Source: Armatimonadota bacterium (GTDB lineage Bacteria; Armatimonadota; SYMT01). Taken from it: 64,000 nucleotides of DNA. The position numbers were made by a program, and so were the translations under genes. The stretch lies in contig JBKBRF010000020.1 of assembly GCA_046292385.1 (NCBI GenBank), positions 52,090 through 116,089 on the forward strand, in the 5' to 3' direction. This document shows, in pieces, positions 18,040 through 28,995 of the stretch. Position 1 is the first letter of the stretch. Each line of letters opens with the position of its first letter. Under the pieces are notes generated by a model. It made no database searches. It was not told the DNA's origin and saw only the letters and a program-made list of their open reading frames with translations.

Positions 18040-18948
18040 TCATCCCTCATCATCCCGCTTCCTTATCCTCGAAGACTGCACCACCCCCGCGCCGCCGAGG
18101 ATGACTGCCATCGCGGTCCACTCCCGCCAGCCGAGCGGCTCTCCCAGCAGCGCCCAGCCGAGCACCACCGCCACCACCGGGTTCACGTAGGAGTAGAGGG
18201 AGACGGTGGAGATCGGCAGCTTCTGAAGCGAGTAGATGTAGCAGCCGTAACCGACGATGGAGCCAAAGACCACCAGGTAGGCGATCGAGCCGATCCCGGC
18301 GGGAGTCCAGTGGAGCCGGCTTCCCTCGCCGGCGGCGAGCCCGAGCAGACTCACCACGACGCCGGCCACCAGCATCTGCACCGCCGCGCCCACAAGCGGC
18401 TTCACTTCGGAAGGCTGTCTCCGCGCGTAGATCGAGCCGAGCGACCAGAAGAGACAGGCTCCCTGGAGCGCGAGGATGCCGCGGGCCATGTCGCCGTCGA
18501 AGGTGACCCCGTAGATGCGGGGCCAGACGAGGAAGAGGAGCCCTCCGAACCCCAGCAGCAGGCCGGCGACGTCGCGCGGCTTGATGCGGTCTCCGCCGGG
18601 GAGCGCCGCTTCCATCCCGAGCATCCAGAACGGCGTCATCGCCACCACCAGCGCGCCGACTCCGCTCGGGAGCCATTTCGCCGACCAGACGACGAAGCCG
18701 TTCGCGAAGCCGAGCAGCGCCAGGCCTACGATCGCGAGGCGCAGCCAGTCCCGGCCCCGGGGCAGGGTCTCTCCGCGGAGGGTGAGGAACGCCAGCAGCA
18801 GGGCGCCCGCGATGAGGAACCGGACTCCCGCGAAGAGGAGCGGCGGGACCGACTGTACCCCCACCCGGATCGCCAGGTAGGTGGTGCCCCAGAAGATGCA
18901 GACCGCCACCCAGGCGGCGTAGGCAAGCTGTCTCTCCCGCGCGGTCAC
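18040..18948 (-). CDS. EamA/DMT family transporter
   Basis: WGTTYLAIR, YLVVFGSIVGY, YSYVNPVVAV and LGE; about ten transmembrane helices. Confidence 0.92.
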   Translation of the reverse strand: MTARERQLAYAAWVAVCIFWGTTYLAIRVGVQSVPPLLFAGVRFLIAGALLLAFLTLRGETLPRGRDWLRLAIVGLALLGFANGFVVWSAKWLPSGVGALVVAMTPFWMLGMEAALPGGDRIKPRDVAGLLLGFGGLLFLVWPRIYGVTFDGDMARGILALQGACLFWSLGSIYARRQPSEVKPLVGAAVQMLVAGVVVSLLGLAAGEGSRLHWTPAGIGSIAYLVVFGSIVGYGCYIYSLQKLPISTVSLYSYVNPVVAVVLGWALLGEPLGWREWTAMAVILGGAGVVQSSRIRKRDDEG

Positions 18949-19138
18949 GGCTGCAAACTCCCGGCTCTCACCGCCCCGGCGGGCGCTCGACAGGCTATAT
19001 TACGTGTCCGGCGCGGATCTGTCGCTCCCTCCGCCGCGGAATCGAAATCGCAACGCAACGCAGCCGGCGGCGCCGGGTCAGATACGGGAAGAGTTTTCGA
19101 GTGGCCCCCTCGGCTGCTCGTGGTGACGGAGATCCTTC

Positions 19139-19864
19139 ATGCAGCGAATCCCTTCTCTCGCGGCGGTGCTCGCCGCCGCCCTCTGTGCCGGGAGCCTCTC
19201 CGCGCTCTCCGCGGCGCAGGAGCCCCGGCCGATCCGGCCGTTCAACCGGCAGAACCTGGAAGGCTGGACCACCAAGGCGCCCAAAGAGCGCAGCCATTGG
19301 GTGGTTGGCCGGGCGACCCTCGATCCGGCGGACCCGTCGAAGCTCCAGGTCGAGCAGGCCACCGGCCGCGGCGCGCAGCTGGTCAACGCGACCGGCGGGG
19401 GGGTCGACATCTACTCGAATGAGAAGTGGGGCGACCACACTCTAGAGGTGGAGGTGATGGTGCCGAAGGGCTCCAATTCCGGGATCTACGTGGCGGGCGA
19501 GTACGAGGTGCAGGTGCTCGACAGCTTCGGCAAGGAGCAGGTGGGCCCCGGGGACCTGGGGGGCATCTACGGCGCCAGCGCTCCGAAGGTGAATGCCGCC
19601 AAGGCGCCGGGCGAGTGGCAGAAGTTCGTGATCGACTTCAAGGCTCCGCGCTTCAAGGGCGACCGCAAGGTCTCCAACGCGAAGTTTCTGAAGGTGGTCC
19701 TGAACGACCAGGTGATCCACGAGAACGTGGAGATGAAGGGCCCCACGCCGACCGGCGTGAGCGGCAAGGAAGCTCCGACCGGCCCGGTGATGTTCCAGGG
19801 CGACCACGGGGCCGTCGCCTACCGCAACCTCCGCATCACTCCGCGCAGCTTCGACGGCGCGTAG
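19139..19864 (+). CDS. DUF1080 (3-keto-disaccharide hydrolase-like) secreted protein
   Basis: FNRQNLEGW, NSGIY, YEVQVLDS, PGEWQ, FQGDHG and YRNLRI. Confidence 0.88.
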   Translation: MQRIPSLAAVLAAALCAGSLSALSAAQEPRPIRPFNRQNLEGWTTKAPKERSHWVVGRATLDPADPSKLQVEQATGRGAQLVNATGGGVDIYSNEKWGDHTLEVEVMVPKGSNSGIYVAGEYEVQVLDSFGKEQVGPGDLGGIYGASAPKVNAAKAPGEWQKFVIDFKAPRFKGDRKVSNAKFLKVVLNDQVIHENVEMKGPTPTGVSGKEAPTGPVMFQGDHGAVAYRNLRITPRSFDGA

Positions 19865-19949
19865 CGTGACCGCGCGGCAGCCTCGCCCGGTCGGCTCGCG
19901 CACCGGGCCAGGCTGCCGCGATCGATTCTCTGCGACCCCTTCTGCCAGG

Positions 19950-20594
19950 ATGAGCCGCAGCCACCCCGATCCGCCGCCCCGGCCGGACGCCGAGGGGCCG
20001 CTCCGCCTCTTCATCGCGCTCCCGGCGACGCCGGAAGTCGTGCGCCGTGCGCAGGAGACGATCTCCCGCCTCCGCGGAGCCGGAGACGTGCGCTGGGTCG
20101 CCCCGGACCGCCTCCATCTCACCCTCAAATTCCTGGGGGATACCCCCGCCGGAAAACTTCCGGAAATCATCGCCGGAATCGCCGCGAAAGCAAACACATT
20201 TTCGCGCTTTATGGTAGAATTGGGAGGTGCCGGAGCCTTCCCGAACCTGCGCCGGCCGCAGACCCTGTGGCTGGGGTTCGCGGGCCGGGGAGCGGAGACG
20301 CTGACCGCCCTGGCGGCGGCGGTGGACGAGGCGGCGCACGCCGCCGGCTGGCCCCGGGAGAAGCGCCCGTTTCAGCCGCACCTCACCCTGGGGCGGGTGC
20401 GGAGCTCGCGGGAGCTGAGGGAGCTGGCGGAGCGGCTGCGGCGGGAAGGCGAGGCGGCGACGGCTTCGGTGGAGTGGCCGGTGGAAGAGCTGCACCTGGT
20501 GCGCAGCGTCCTGCGCCCGCAGGGGCCGGAGTATACCGTGCTGGAGCGCTTTCCGCTCCGCGAAGAGGAGTCCCCGGCGCCTCGCTTCGAATGA
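19950..20594 (+). CDS. thpR: RNA 2',3'-cyclic phosphodiesterase (2H family)
   Basis: RLFIAL and two HxT motifs (LHLTLKFLG, PHLTLGR); upstream of recA. Confidence 0.92.
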   Translation: MSRSHPDPPPRPDAEGPLRLFIALPATPEVVRRAQETISRLRGAGDVRWVAPDRLHLTLKFLGDTPAGKLPEIIAGIAAKANTFSRFMVELGGAGAFPNLRRPQTLWLGFAGRGAETLTALAAAVDEAAHAAGWPREKRPFQPHLTLGRVRSSRELRELAERLRREGEAATASVEWPVEELHLVRSVLRPQGPEYTVLERFPLREEESPAPRFE

Positions 20595-20751
20595 GATCTC
20601 GAACGGGAACCGAGCGGTACTTCCTTTACGATAATCTTCCCGCGCGCCGAGCCGGGAAAGAGCCTGTCCGAACAGGCTGCTAGATGTTCGATCGGCGGTT
20701 GGAATGGTGGCACGCCCGAATGACCCGGCAGGGAGGGGGCGTGCGGAGGAT

Positions 20752-21819
20752 ATGACCGTGGATAAGTTGAAGGCACTCGATTTCGCCGTGGGCAGCATCG
20801 AGAAGAAGTACGGCAAGGGCTCCATCATGCGCCTGGGGAGCCGGCCGAACCTCCAGACGGAGGTGATCCCTACCGGGTCGCTGGCGCTCGACCTGGCGCT
20901 GGGAGTGGGCGGCGTGCCGAAGGGCCGGATCATCGAGATCTACGGTCAGGAGTCTTCCGGTAAGACGACGCTCGCCTACCACATCATGGCGGAGGCGCAG
21001 CGCCGCGGCGGGGCGTGTGCCATCGTCGACGCGGAGCACGCGGTCGACCCGATCTACGCCCGCAACCTGGGCGTCGACATCGACAACCTGCTGATCTCCC
21101 AGCCGGACACCGGCGAAGAGGCGCTGGAGATCATGGACGCGCTCGCCCGCAGCGGCGCGCTCGACGTGATCGTGCTCGACTCGGTCGCCGCCCTGGTGCC
21201 GAAGGCGGAAATCGAGGGCGAGATGGGGGACAGCCACGTCGGCATCCAGGCCCGCCTCATGAGCCAGGCGCTCCGGAAGCTGGGCGGTATCGTCGCCAAC
21301 GCCAACACGGTCTGCATCTTCATCAACCAGATCCGGGAGAAGATCGGCGTGATGTTCGGCAACCCGGAGACGACCCCCGGCGGCCGCGCGCTCAAGTTCT
21401 GGTCTTCGGTCCGCCTGGAAGTGCGGCGGGTCGACACCGTCAAGCAGGGCACCGACGCCGTCGGCTCTCGCGTGCGGGTGAAGGTGGTGAAGAACAAGGT
21501 CGCGCCGCCGTTCAAGCAGGCGGAGTTCGACGTGATGTTCGGCAAGGGCATCTCCATCAGCGGCGGCGTGCTCGACCTGGCCGTCGACCACGGTTTCGTG
21601 AACAAGACCGGCGCCTGGTTCACCTGCGGGGATACCCGGCTGGGCCAGGGGCGGGAGAACGCCAAGAGCTTCCTGGAGGACCACCCCGGCCTGCTGGAGG
21701 AGCTGGACGCCAAGATCCGCGCCGCCGCGGCGGAGAAGAACGCCCTACTGCACGGCATGCCGCTGGTCGCCGCCGGAGCGATGAACGGCAACGGCGCGGA
21801 CGGCGACTTCGACGAGTAA
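20752..21819 (+). CDS. recA: Recombinase A (start may be GTG at 20758)
   Basis: [48 protein letters not shown] and KNKVAPPF. Confidence 0.99.
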   Translation: MTVDKLKALDFAVGSIEKKYGKGSIMRLGSRPNLQTEVIPTGSLALDLALGVGGVPKGRIIEIYGQESSGKTTLAYHIMAEAQRRGGACAIVDAEHAVDPIYARNLGVDIDNLLISQPDTGEEALEIMDALARSGALDVIVLDSVAALVPKAEIEGEMGDSHVGIQARLMSQALRKLGGIVANANTVCIFINQIREKIGVMFGNPETTPGGRALKFWSSVRLEVRRVDTVKQGTDAVGSRVRVKVVKNKVAPPFKQAEFDVMFGKGISISGGVLDLAVDHGFVNKTGAWFTCGDTRLGQGRENAKSFLEDHPGLLEELDAKIRAAAAEKNALLHGMPLVAAGAMNGNGADGDFDE

Positions 21820-21939
21820 GCCGCCCGCCGGCTCCGCCAGGTTCGTTTGTTAGTGGATGCGCGGCGTCGGGACTACCGGCGCCGCGCATTCCGTTTTCTG
21901 CGCCGGCGCCGCCCGCTCGCGCCGCGGAAGGAGCTGCTG

Positions 21940-23064
21940 ATGACGACCCGGTCCGCTCCACTTCGCGCCGTCGCCCGAGCGGCCCTGCTCGCTGCCGGTG
22001 CGGTCGGGCTTTCCGCCGGTGCGGTTCCGCCCCTCGCCGCGGGCGGGGAGCCGTCTCCGACTGCGACCCCGATCTACGAAGTGATCGATCTCGGCGCCTT
22101 ACCCGAGACGAATACCGTCATCGCTACGGCGGTGAACGACGCCGGATTCGTAGCCGGATACGCCTACATGCACGTGGCGCCCGGACACTTTGCTGAACTG
22201 GGCGCGCGTCCCTTCCTGTGGCGGAACGGGAAGATGACCGAGCTGCCTGCACCTCGCGGAAGGCGCGGGGGAGCGCTTGCCATCAACGCCCGCGGCGATG
22301 TGGGCGGCCACGCCGAGAATGGCAAGACTTCGCTGCCGGTCATCTGGCGGCACGGCCGGGGCTATGCGGTGGAGCCGCTTTCGGAGCTTCACGGAGCGGT
22401 GACCGCCCTGGCGGACGACGGCAGCGCGGCGGGAGACGTGGGGGAGCGAAGCAAGTACCGCGCCTTTCTCTGGGCCGGGGGACAGTTCCGAATCCTTGGC
22501 GCGCCCCAGGATGTCGGGAGCCGGGCGAGCGACTTGAACGAGGCTGGGACCGTCGTCGGCTCTTACGTTCCGGCCGGGCGACTTGGAGGAGGTCTGACGC
22601 CGGAGCCTGAGCCGCGAGCGGCGATGTGGAGCGACGGACGTCGGATCCCGCTGCTTCAGCTCGCCGGTGAAGAGAGTGCGTGCCTGGCAATCAACGACCG
22701 CGGCGTGGCGGTGGGCTGGTACGGCCCCTGGGACCGGCGCCGGGCCTGCGTGTGGGAAGAAGGAAAGGTGACCGCTCTCCCCGGCCCGGACGACTGCGAA
22801 ATTCAGGCACGGGCCATCAACCGTGCGGGCGTCATCGTCGGAGATGTCATGGGTCCGGGGCGGCGATTCGCCTCCCTCTGGCGGGACGGGGAGCTGCAGG
22901 ACCTGAACGACCTGATCCCCGGCAACTCCGGCTGGCTCCTCCTCGCAGCGACCGGCATCAGCGACAGCGGACTGATCGTCGGCTACGGAAGTTACGAGAA
23001 GTACCGCACCCAGTCGCTGGACTCCAGCACGGAAGCCTTCTTGCTGCGGCCGCGGAAACGGTGA
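21940..23064 (+). CDS. Secreted HAF-repeat (beta-propeller-like) protein
   Basis: Signal peptide; repeated A.xIN.xG.VVG...AFLW motifs and DLNDLIP...ATGISDSGLIVG. Confidence 0.85.
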   Translation: MTTRSAPLRAVARAALLAAGAVGLSAGAVPPLAAGGEPSPTATPIYEVIDLGALPETNTVIATAVNDAGFVAGYAYMHVAPGHFAELGARPFLWRNGKMTELPAPRGRRGGALAINARGDVGGHAENGKTSLPVIWRHGRGYAVEPLSELHGAVTALADDGSAAGDVGERSKYRAFLWAGGQFRILGAPQDVGSRASDLNEAGTVVGSYVPAGRLGGGLTPEPEPRAAMWSDGRRIPLLQLAGEESACLAINDRGVAVGWYGPWDRRRACVWEEGKVTALPGPDDCEIQARAINRAGVIVGDVMGPGRRFASLWRDGELQDLNDLIPGNSGWLLLAATGISDSGLIVGYGSYEKYRTQSLDSSTEAFLLRPRKR

Positions 23065-23131
23065 GACGCGCGCGGGAAGAGCGCGCGGACCGCTGCTTTG
23101 GGCGGCGGGCGGCGATGGGGAAGGAGAAGGG

Positions 23132-23779
23132 ATGACGGCTCCCGAACGCAGCGTTGTCACTGCGATCGAGCCTCAGGTGAAGCGGCCGGACCGGGTCTCC
23201 ATTTTTGTGGACGGAGAGTTCGTTCTGGGCGTGCACGTAGAGGTTGCGGCGGCGGTGGGGCTACGCGTGGGGCAGACGGTCGACGTCCAACAGCTCCAGG
23301 CGCTGGCCCTGGCGGAAGAGAAGCGGCGCGCGCGGGATAGCGCGCTCAAGCTGCTTGGCTACCGCGCCCGCAGCCGCACGGAGCTGCGTCAACGCCTCCA
23401 GCGACAGGGCTACGAGCCCGAGTTGGTGGAAGAGACGCTGGAGCTCCTCGCCCGCAGTGGTTACATCGACGACGCAGAGTTCAGCCGGGCATGGGTCCGC
23501 GCGCGAACCGGTCCGCGCCGCCCCCTGGGAGCGCGGCGGATCGCCGCGGAGCTGCGCCAGAAGGGTGTGGAGCAGGATCTGATCCGGGAGGCGCTGGAGC
23601 CTCTCGATTCGGAGACCGAGCTGGAGCTGGCGTTGGCGGTGGGTCGTCGGAAAGTCGAGCAGATGCACGGCGAAGATCCTCGAGTCGTCCGCCGCAAGGT
23701 GGGCGCCGCGCTGATGCGGCGCGGGTTCGGCTGGGAGGTCTGCGCTCGGGTGCTGGATATACTCCTCGCGGCAGAGTAG
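23132..23779 (+). CDS. recX: Regulatory protein RecX
   Basis: ALKLLGYRARSRTEL, GYIDDAEF, ELRQKGV and LMRRGF. Confidence 0.92.
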   Translation: MTAPERSVVTAIEPQVKRPDRVSIFVDGEFVLGVHVEVAAAVGLRVGQTVDVQQLQALALAEEKRRARDSALKLLGYRARSRTELRQRLQRQGYEPELVEETLELLARSGYIDDAEFSRAWVRARTGPRRPLGARRIAAELRQKGVEQDLIREALEPLDSETELELALAVGRRKVEQMHGEDPRVVRRKVGAALMRRGFGWEVCARVLDILLAAE

Positions 23780-23990
23780 TCGCCGCGTCGTCCAATCCAA
23801 CTGTCTCTCGGAAGGGCTCCGGGACAGCGCAGCGGAAGTGCGAGCCGGGTGATCACCACCCGGCTTAAGCCGATTGCCTGCGTGCCCCGGGGTCTTGCCG
23901 CCGATGCTCCCTCCGCCCGGCGCCACGCGGCCGCCGCGCGCGGCCCGCTCCACCTGATCCACGCTCCGCGTGCCCCGGCGGAGTGAAGAT

Positions 23991-25532
23991 ATGGACCCTA
24001 TCAGCATCGCCGCGCTGGTGATTGGCGCGGCCGGCGCCGCGGCCGGCGCGTTCATGGCACACCGCGCCTCTCAGACGCGGACGGGGATCTCACAAACGGA
24101 GCAGGAGCTGGCTCGGGAACGGGAGGCGCTGCAGCGCGACTTCGAGTCCGAAAAGCGGGAAGTGCTGCTCGCCGCGCGGGACGAGGCCCACCTGATCCGC
24201 CAGGTCGCGGAGCAGGAGGCGCGAGAGCTCCGCGCGCAGGCGCAGCGGGCGGAGGAGCGGATCACCCAGCGGGAAGAGGCGCTGGAGCGCCGCTTCGAGA
24301 GCCTGGAGAAGCGCGAGGGCGAGCTGAAGTCGCACGAGCGGGAGATCCAGCGGCTCTACGAAGACGCGACCGAGCTGATCGTGCAGCAGCGCGCGGAGCT
24401 GGAGCGGGTCTGCGGCATGACCTCGGAGGAGGCCCGCGCCTTCATGCTCAAGCAGCTCGACGACGAGCTCCGGCTCGACGCGGCACGCCTGATCAAGCAG
24501 ATCGAGGAAGAGACGCGCGAGGAGGCGACCCGCCGCGCGCGGGAGATTATCGTCGGCTCGATCCAGCGGTGCGCGGTCGACCAGGTCTCGGAGACGACGG
24601 TCTCCGTGGTCCCGCTCCCCAGCGACGAGATGAAGGGGCGGATCATCGGTCGGGAAGGGCGCAACATCCGGGCGTTCGAGACGCTGACCGGGGTCGACCT
24701 GATCATCGACGACACCCCCGAAGCGGTGGTCCTCTCCGCCTTCGACCCGGTGCGCCGGGAGACCGCCCGCGTGGCGCTCTCCAACCTGATTCTGGACGGG
24801 CGCATTCACCCGGGCCGCATCGAGGAGATGGTCCAGCGCGCCCGGGAGGAGATCGACCAGAAGATCCTGGAAGCGGGCGAAGCGGCCGTGATGCGGGCGG
24901 GGGTGAGCGGGATCCACCCGGACATCATCCGGATCCTGGGCAAGCTGCGCTACCGCACCAGCTACGGCCAGAACGTGCTGGATCACTCGGTCGAGGTCGC
25001 CCACCTCGCCGCCTCCCTCGCCGCCGAGCTGAAGGCCGACGTCGACACGGCCCGCCGCGCGGGGCTGCTGCACGACCTGGGGAAGGCGATCGATTACGAG
25101 GTGGAAGGCTCGCACCTGGAGATCTCGGTGGAGCTCTGCCGCAAGTACGGGGAGACCCCCGCGGTGATCCACGCCGTGGAGGCTCACCACGGCGACGTGG
25201 AGTTCGGCACGGTGGAGGCGGTGCTGGTGCAGGTGGCGGACGCCATCTCCGCCAGCCGGCCCGGCGCGCGGCGCGAGATGCTGGAGACCTACCTCAAGCG
25301 GATGCAGCGCCTGGAGAACGTGGTCACCGGGATCCCCGGCGTGGAGAAGGCGTTCGCCGTGCAGGCGGGCCGGGAGCTGCGCATCATCGTGGAGCCCGGC
25401 CAGATCGACGACCTCGGCGCCGCCCGCCTGGCTCGGGACACCGCGCTGAAGATCCAGGAGGAGCACGACTACCCCGGCCAGATCAAGGTAACGGTCATCC
25501 GGGAGAGCCGCGCCACGGAATACGCGCGTTGA
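23991..25532 (+). CDS. rny: Ribonuclease Y
   Basis: N-terminal TM, coiled coil, KH domain ([13 protein letters not shown]), HD domain (LLHDLGK) and SASRPGAR. Confidence 0.98.
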   Translation: MDPISIAALVIGAAGAAAGAFMAHRASQTRTGISQTEQELAREREALQRDFESEKREVLLAARDEAHLIRQVAEQEARELRAQAQRAEERITQREEALERRFESLEKREGELKSHEREIQRLYEDATELIVQQRAELERVCGMTSEEARAFMLKQLDDELRLDAARLIKQIEEETREEATRRAREIIVGSIQRCAVDQVSETTVSVVPLPSDEMKGRIIGREGRNIRAFETLTGVDLIIDDTPEAVVLSAFDPVRRETARVALSNLILDGRIHPGRIEEMVQRAREEIDQKILEAGEAAVMRAGVSGIHPDIIRILGKLRYRTSYGQNVLDHSVEVAHLAASLAAELKADVDTARRAGLLHDLGKAIDYEVEGSHLEISVELCRKYGETPAVIHAVEAHHGDVEFGTVEAVLVQVADAISASRPGARREMLETYLKRMQRLENVVTGIPGVEKAFAVQAGRELRIIVEPGQIDDLGAARLARDTALKIQEEHDYPGQIKVTVIRESRATEYAR

Positions 25533-25542
25533 GCCGTTTTTA

Positions 25543-26002
25543 ACCACAGAGCACACCGAGGACACAGAGACGAACCGGAACGGGTTTCACCGCAGAGACG
25601 CAGAGGACGCGGAGAGAACCCGAACCTTTTCAACCGCCAAGAACGCAAAGGACGCAAAGAGGGGAACCGGACGAGACAAACCGCGGGGCCGCAGTACGGT
25701 GCTCGTGAGGCGCATCAGGCCCAGAACTCCGTTCCCCTCTCCGTGCCCCCTCGGTGCGCTCTGTGTCTCTGTGGTGAAACCAGGTTCGGACCGGGGCCGC
25801 TGTACGGGACTCGTGAGGGGAACCAGGCCCGTCCGAGTCCTTCCCTGGTTCCCCTCTGCGTTCCCTCTGCGCTCTCCGCGGCCTCTGCGGTGAATCCGGT
25901 TCGGACCGGGGCCGCAGCACGGTGCTCGTGAAACGGATCAGACCCAGAACTCTGGTTCCCTCTCTGTGCCCTCTGTGCGCTCTGTGGTGAGACAGGTTCG
26001 GA
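25543..26002. repeat. Composite dispersed repeat, family B, locus 1
   Basis: Three 9-mer-periodic left arms (e.g. CACCGCAGAGACGCAGAGGACGCGGAGAG), then three ~110-nt units each with a GGGGCCGC(A/T)G(T/C)ACGG..CTCGTGA core and a complementary right arm. Confidence 0.85.
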
Positions 26003-26006
26003 GTGG

Positions 26007-28850
26007 CTACGCCCCCGTAGGGACCGTGCCGTCTTCGATGACGCGGCGGAGGGCGGCGGGGTTGACTGGTTTGGTGAGGTGCAGCTCGAAGCCGGCGGCG
26101 GCGGAGCGCTCCAGGTCTTCCGGGCGGCCGTAACCGGATAGCGCGATGAGGCGGGCAGAGCGGGTGGCCGGGTCGGCTCGGAGCGCGCGAGCGACGGCGT
26201 GGCCGTCCATTCCCGGCAGCCCGATGTCGCAGAGCACCACGTCCGGGCGCAGGCGGCGCGCCGCCTCCACGCCGGCCGTCCCGGAGTGGGACAGGTGCGG
26301 TTCGTAGCCGGCCAGGCTCAGGATGTCCTGCAGCGTCTCGGCGGCGTCCACGTTGTCCTCTACGATCAGCACTCGCAGCGGGGCGTCCGCGGCCATCTCT
26401 CGGGCAGGAGCGTGGCGCCTGGTCCCGTCGGTTCCGTCGTCGGGCACGGCGGAAGCGTCCGGCTGGGCGAGCAGCGGCAGGCGCACCGAGAATTCGGAGC
26501 CGGCGCCCAGCCCGCGGCTGCGGACCGTCACTTCGCCTCCGTGGAGCTGGGTCAGGCCCTGCACCAGCGCCAGCCCCAGGCCCAGGCCGCCCCGGCTGCG
26601 GTCGAGCGACCGGTCGGCCTGGGAGAACGGCTCGAAGACGTGCGGGAGCATCTCGGTCTCGATGCCGATGCCGGTGTCGCGCACGCTGATGATCGCCGCG
26701 GCGGTGGCGGTGTCGTGCCAGACCCGTACCGCCACGCAGCCGCCGCGGTCGGTAAACTTGACGGCGTTGTTCAGCAGGTTGCCGAGCACCTGCGCCAGGC
26801 GCGTGGGGTCGCCCTCGATCCAGAGCGGCTCGGCCGACTCCGGCAGCTCCAGCGTGAGCGAGAGACCGTTCGCCTCCAGCAGCCGGCGGTGGTCTTCCGC
26901 CGTCTCCCGGACCAGCCGCAGCAGGTTCACCGGCTGACGGCGCAGCTCGACCTTGCCGCGGGAGATGCGGGAGACGTCGAGGAGGTCATCGACCAGCCGC
27001 ACCTGGTGCCGGAGCTGGCGCTCTACCACGTCGGAGGCGCGCCGGTGTGCCGGAGAATCGGCGGGCGAGCTGCGCATCACCTCCAGCGCGTTGCTCACCG
27101 CGGCGAGCGGGTTCCGGAGCTCGTGCGCGAGCATCGCCAGGAACTCGTCTTTCGACCGGTCGGCCTGGCGCAGCTCTCCATAGAGGCGCGCGTTGTCGAT
27201 GGCGATCGCCGCGCGCCGCGCCAGGTCTTCCATCTGCGCGAGGTCGTCTGCCTGGCACCGCCGGCTCGCTCCGCTCCAGGCGAAGGTCATGACGCCGAGG
27301 GTGCGGCCGCGCGCCACCAGCGGCACGCTGAAATAGGAGCGGAGGTTCAGCTCTCGGAACGTTTCGGCGTGCTCCGGCGCGGTCGCCAGCGCTTCCAGGA
27401 CCGCGTCCGAGGCATCGAACACGAGCTCCGGGTTTCCGGAGGCGAGCACCCGGCAGACGCCGCAGGCGCTCCCCTCCGGGGCACGATACCGGCCGCGCAG
27501 GGAGGCGGCCAGCTCCGCGCGGTCCGGGTCCGCGTGGGCTACGGCGAGGCGCAGCAGCGCGCCGTCGTGGTCGACCATGTCGACGATGCACCAGTCGGCC
27601 AGCTCCGGCACCGCGAGCTGCGAGACTCGCTCCAGGGTCGACTGGTAGTCGAGCGAGGTCCCGAGGGCGCTGCTCGCCTCCGCGAGGAAGCGGAGGGCGC
27701 CCTCCGCGCGGCGGCGCTTGGTCACGTCGGTCAGCATTCCAAGCGTGCCGAGCCGCTGGCCCGACTCCCCCTCGATGGCACTCATCGAGCCCAGCACCCA
27801 CAGGGCGGTGCCGTCGCGCCGCCGCAGGCGGAAGTCGAACTGCTGGTGGACGCCGAGCGGGAACCGCTCCAGCTTGCGCGGCAGCTCCTCCCGGTCCTCT
27901 TCGTAGAGGAAGTCGGTCATCGGCCGGGTCAGGATCTCCCGGCTGGAGTAGCCGAGCATCTCACAGAGCCGCTGGTTGGCGTAGGCCGTCCGCAAGTCGG
28001 AGTCGAGCAGCCAGATGCCCTCGAAGGCGGTATCGACGATTCGGCGGTACCACTCCTCGCTCTTCCGCAGCGTCTCCTCCGCCTCCACGTGCTCGGTGAC
28101 GTCGACCAGCAGCCCGCGGAGCTGGCACACGGCGCCGGACTCGTCGCGCAGCAGCGTCACGCGGTCGCGCAGCCAGACCCGCCGGCCGGATGGGGCGTCC
28201 GCCCGGTACTCCAGCTCCACGTGGCGGGCGCTGCGGAACGCCTCCAGCAGCTCCTTGCGGACCCGCTCGCGCTCGTCCGGGTGGACGAAGTCGGTGCAGA
28301 GCCGGCGCTCCGCCAGCCACTCGGGAATCGAGATCTCGAGCAGTTCTTCCGCCTGCTCGCTAAGGAAGGTGAGCCCGGTATCCGGCCCCGCCTCCCAGAC
28401 GATGCCGTTGACGCCCTGGACCAGGTCGCGGTAGCGCTGCTCCGCCACGCGCTCCCGGGAGAGCAGCTCCGCGCGAGCGGCGACGAGCTGGCGGGCGTGG
28501 TGGTGGGTCAGCCAACGCCGCCCATGCAGCAGGCTCATCAGCACCGCGAGCAGCCCGTAGACGCTGAGCTGCACCGCGGTTTGCGGCGCCGTGATCTCCA
28601 CCACGGGGTAGGGGGGCAGCACCAGCAGGCTGAAGCCGAGCGCCGCGATGGTGGTGGCGAGCAGCCCCGGCCACAGGCCGCCGTACCAGGCGGAGATGGT
28701 TACTGCCGTCAGCAGGACCGGGCCGGCCAGGTCCGGGAGGAACGGCCGCGCCCAGAGGGCCAGCGCCACGGAGCCGGACGAAGCCCCCAGCGCCACGCCG
28801 TACCGGAGCAGAACGGACCTTGCCAACTCCCAACGGCTCGGTTTCTGCAT
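26007..28850 (-). CDS. Hybrid sensor histidine kinase (DUF4118-like TM, two PAS, GAF, HisKA, HATPase, REC)
   Basis: AHELRNPL, NLLNNAVKF, DTGIG, GGLGLGL, VEDN and CDIGLPGMDG. Confidence 0.95.
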   Translation of the reverse strand: MQKPSRWELARSVLLRYGVALGASSGSVALALWARPFLPDLAGPVLLTAVTISAWYGGLWPGLLATTIAALGFSLLVLPPYPVVEITAPQTAVQLSVYGLLAVLMSLLHGRRWLTHHHARQLVAARAELLSRERVAEQRYRDLVQGVNGIVWEAGPDTGLTFLSEQAEELLEISIPEWLAERRLCTDFVHPDERERVRKELLEAFRSARHVELEYRADAPSGRRVWLRDRVTLLRDESGAVCQLRGLLVDVTEHVEAEETLRKSEEWYRRIVDTAFEGIWLLDSDLRTAYANQRLCEMLGYSSREILTRPMTDFLYEEDREELPRKLERFPLGVHQQFDFRLRRRDGTALWVLGSMSAIEGESGQRLGTLGMLTDVTKRRRAEGALRFLAEASSALGTSLDYQSTLERVSQLAVPELADWCIVDMVDHDGALLRLAVAHADPDRAELAASLRGRYRAPEGSACGVCRVLASGNPELVFDASDAVLEALATAPEHAETFRELNLRSYFSVPLVARGRTLGVMTFAWSGASRRCQADDLAQMEDLARRAAIAIDNARLYGELRQADRSKDEFLAMLAHELRNPLAAVSNALEVMRSSPADSPAHRRASDVVERQLRHQVRLVDDLLDVSRISRGKVELRRQPVNLLRLVRETAEDHRRLLEANGLSLTLELPESAEPLWIEGDPTRLAQVLGNLLNNAVKFTDRGGCVAVRVWHDTATAAAIISVRDTGIGIETEMLPHVFEPFSQADRSLDRSRGGLGLGLALVQGLTQLHGGEVTVRSRGLGAGSEFSVRLPLLAQPDASAVPDDGTDGTRRHAPAREMAADAPLRVLIVEDNVDAAETLQDILSLAGYEPHLSHSGTAGVEAARRLRPDVVLCDIGLPGMDGHAVARALRADPATRSARLIALSGYGRPEDLERSAAAGFELHLTKPVNPAALRRVIEDGTVPTGA

Positions 28851-28995
28851 CAGCCGCCCCCAGAAACTACTCGAGCGGCAGGCCGGGTTCCGGCCAGAAG
28901 CGCCCGCCGCATCCAGGATTGTCGTCTGTCTTCGGGCGCGCCTTCAGGGTGGAACGTCGGGAGAATCCGGCGGAGGCGAACTCTTGACAGGCGCC

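Noticed and set aside
20660..20695. LexA box upstream of recA (CCTGTCCGAACAGG; GAAC-N12-GTTC)
   Set aside because: It does not match the GAAC-N4-GTTC or CTGT-N8-ACAG spacing, and there is no convincing copy upstream of the UvrC-like gene.
25685..25990. Three spaced direct repeats as a possible CRISPR array
   Set aside because: The repeats are degenerate, the ~85-nt spacers resemble one another and there are no cas genes.
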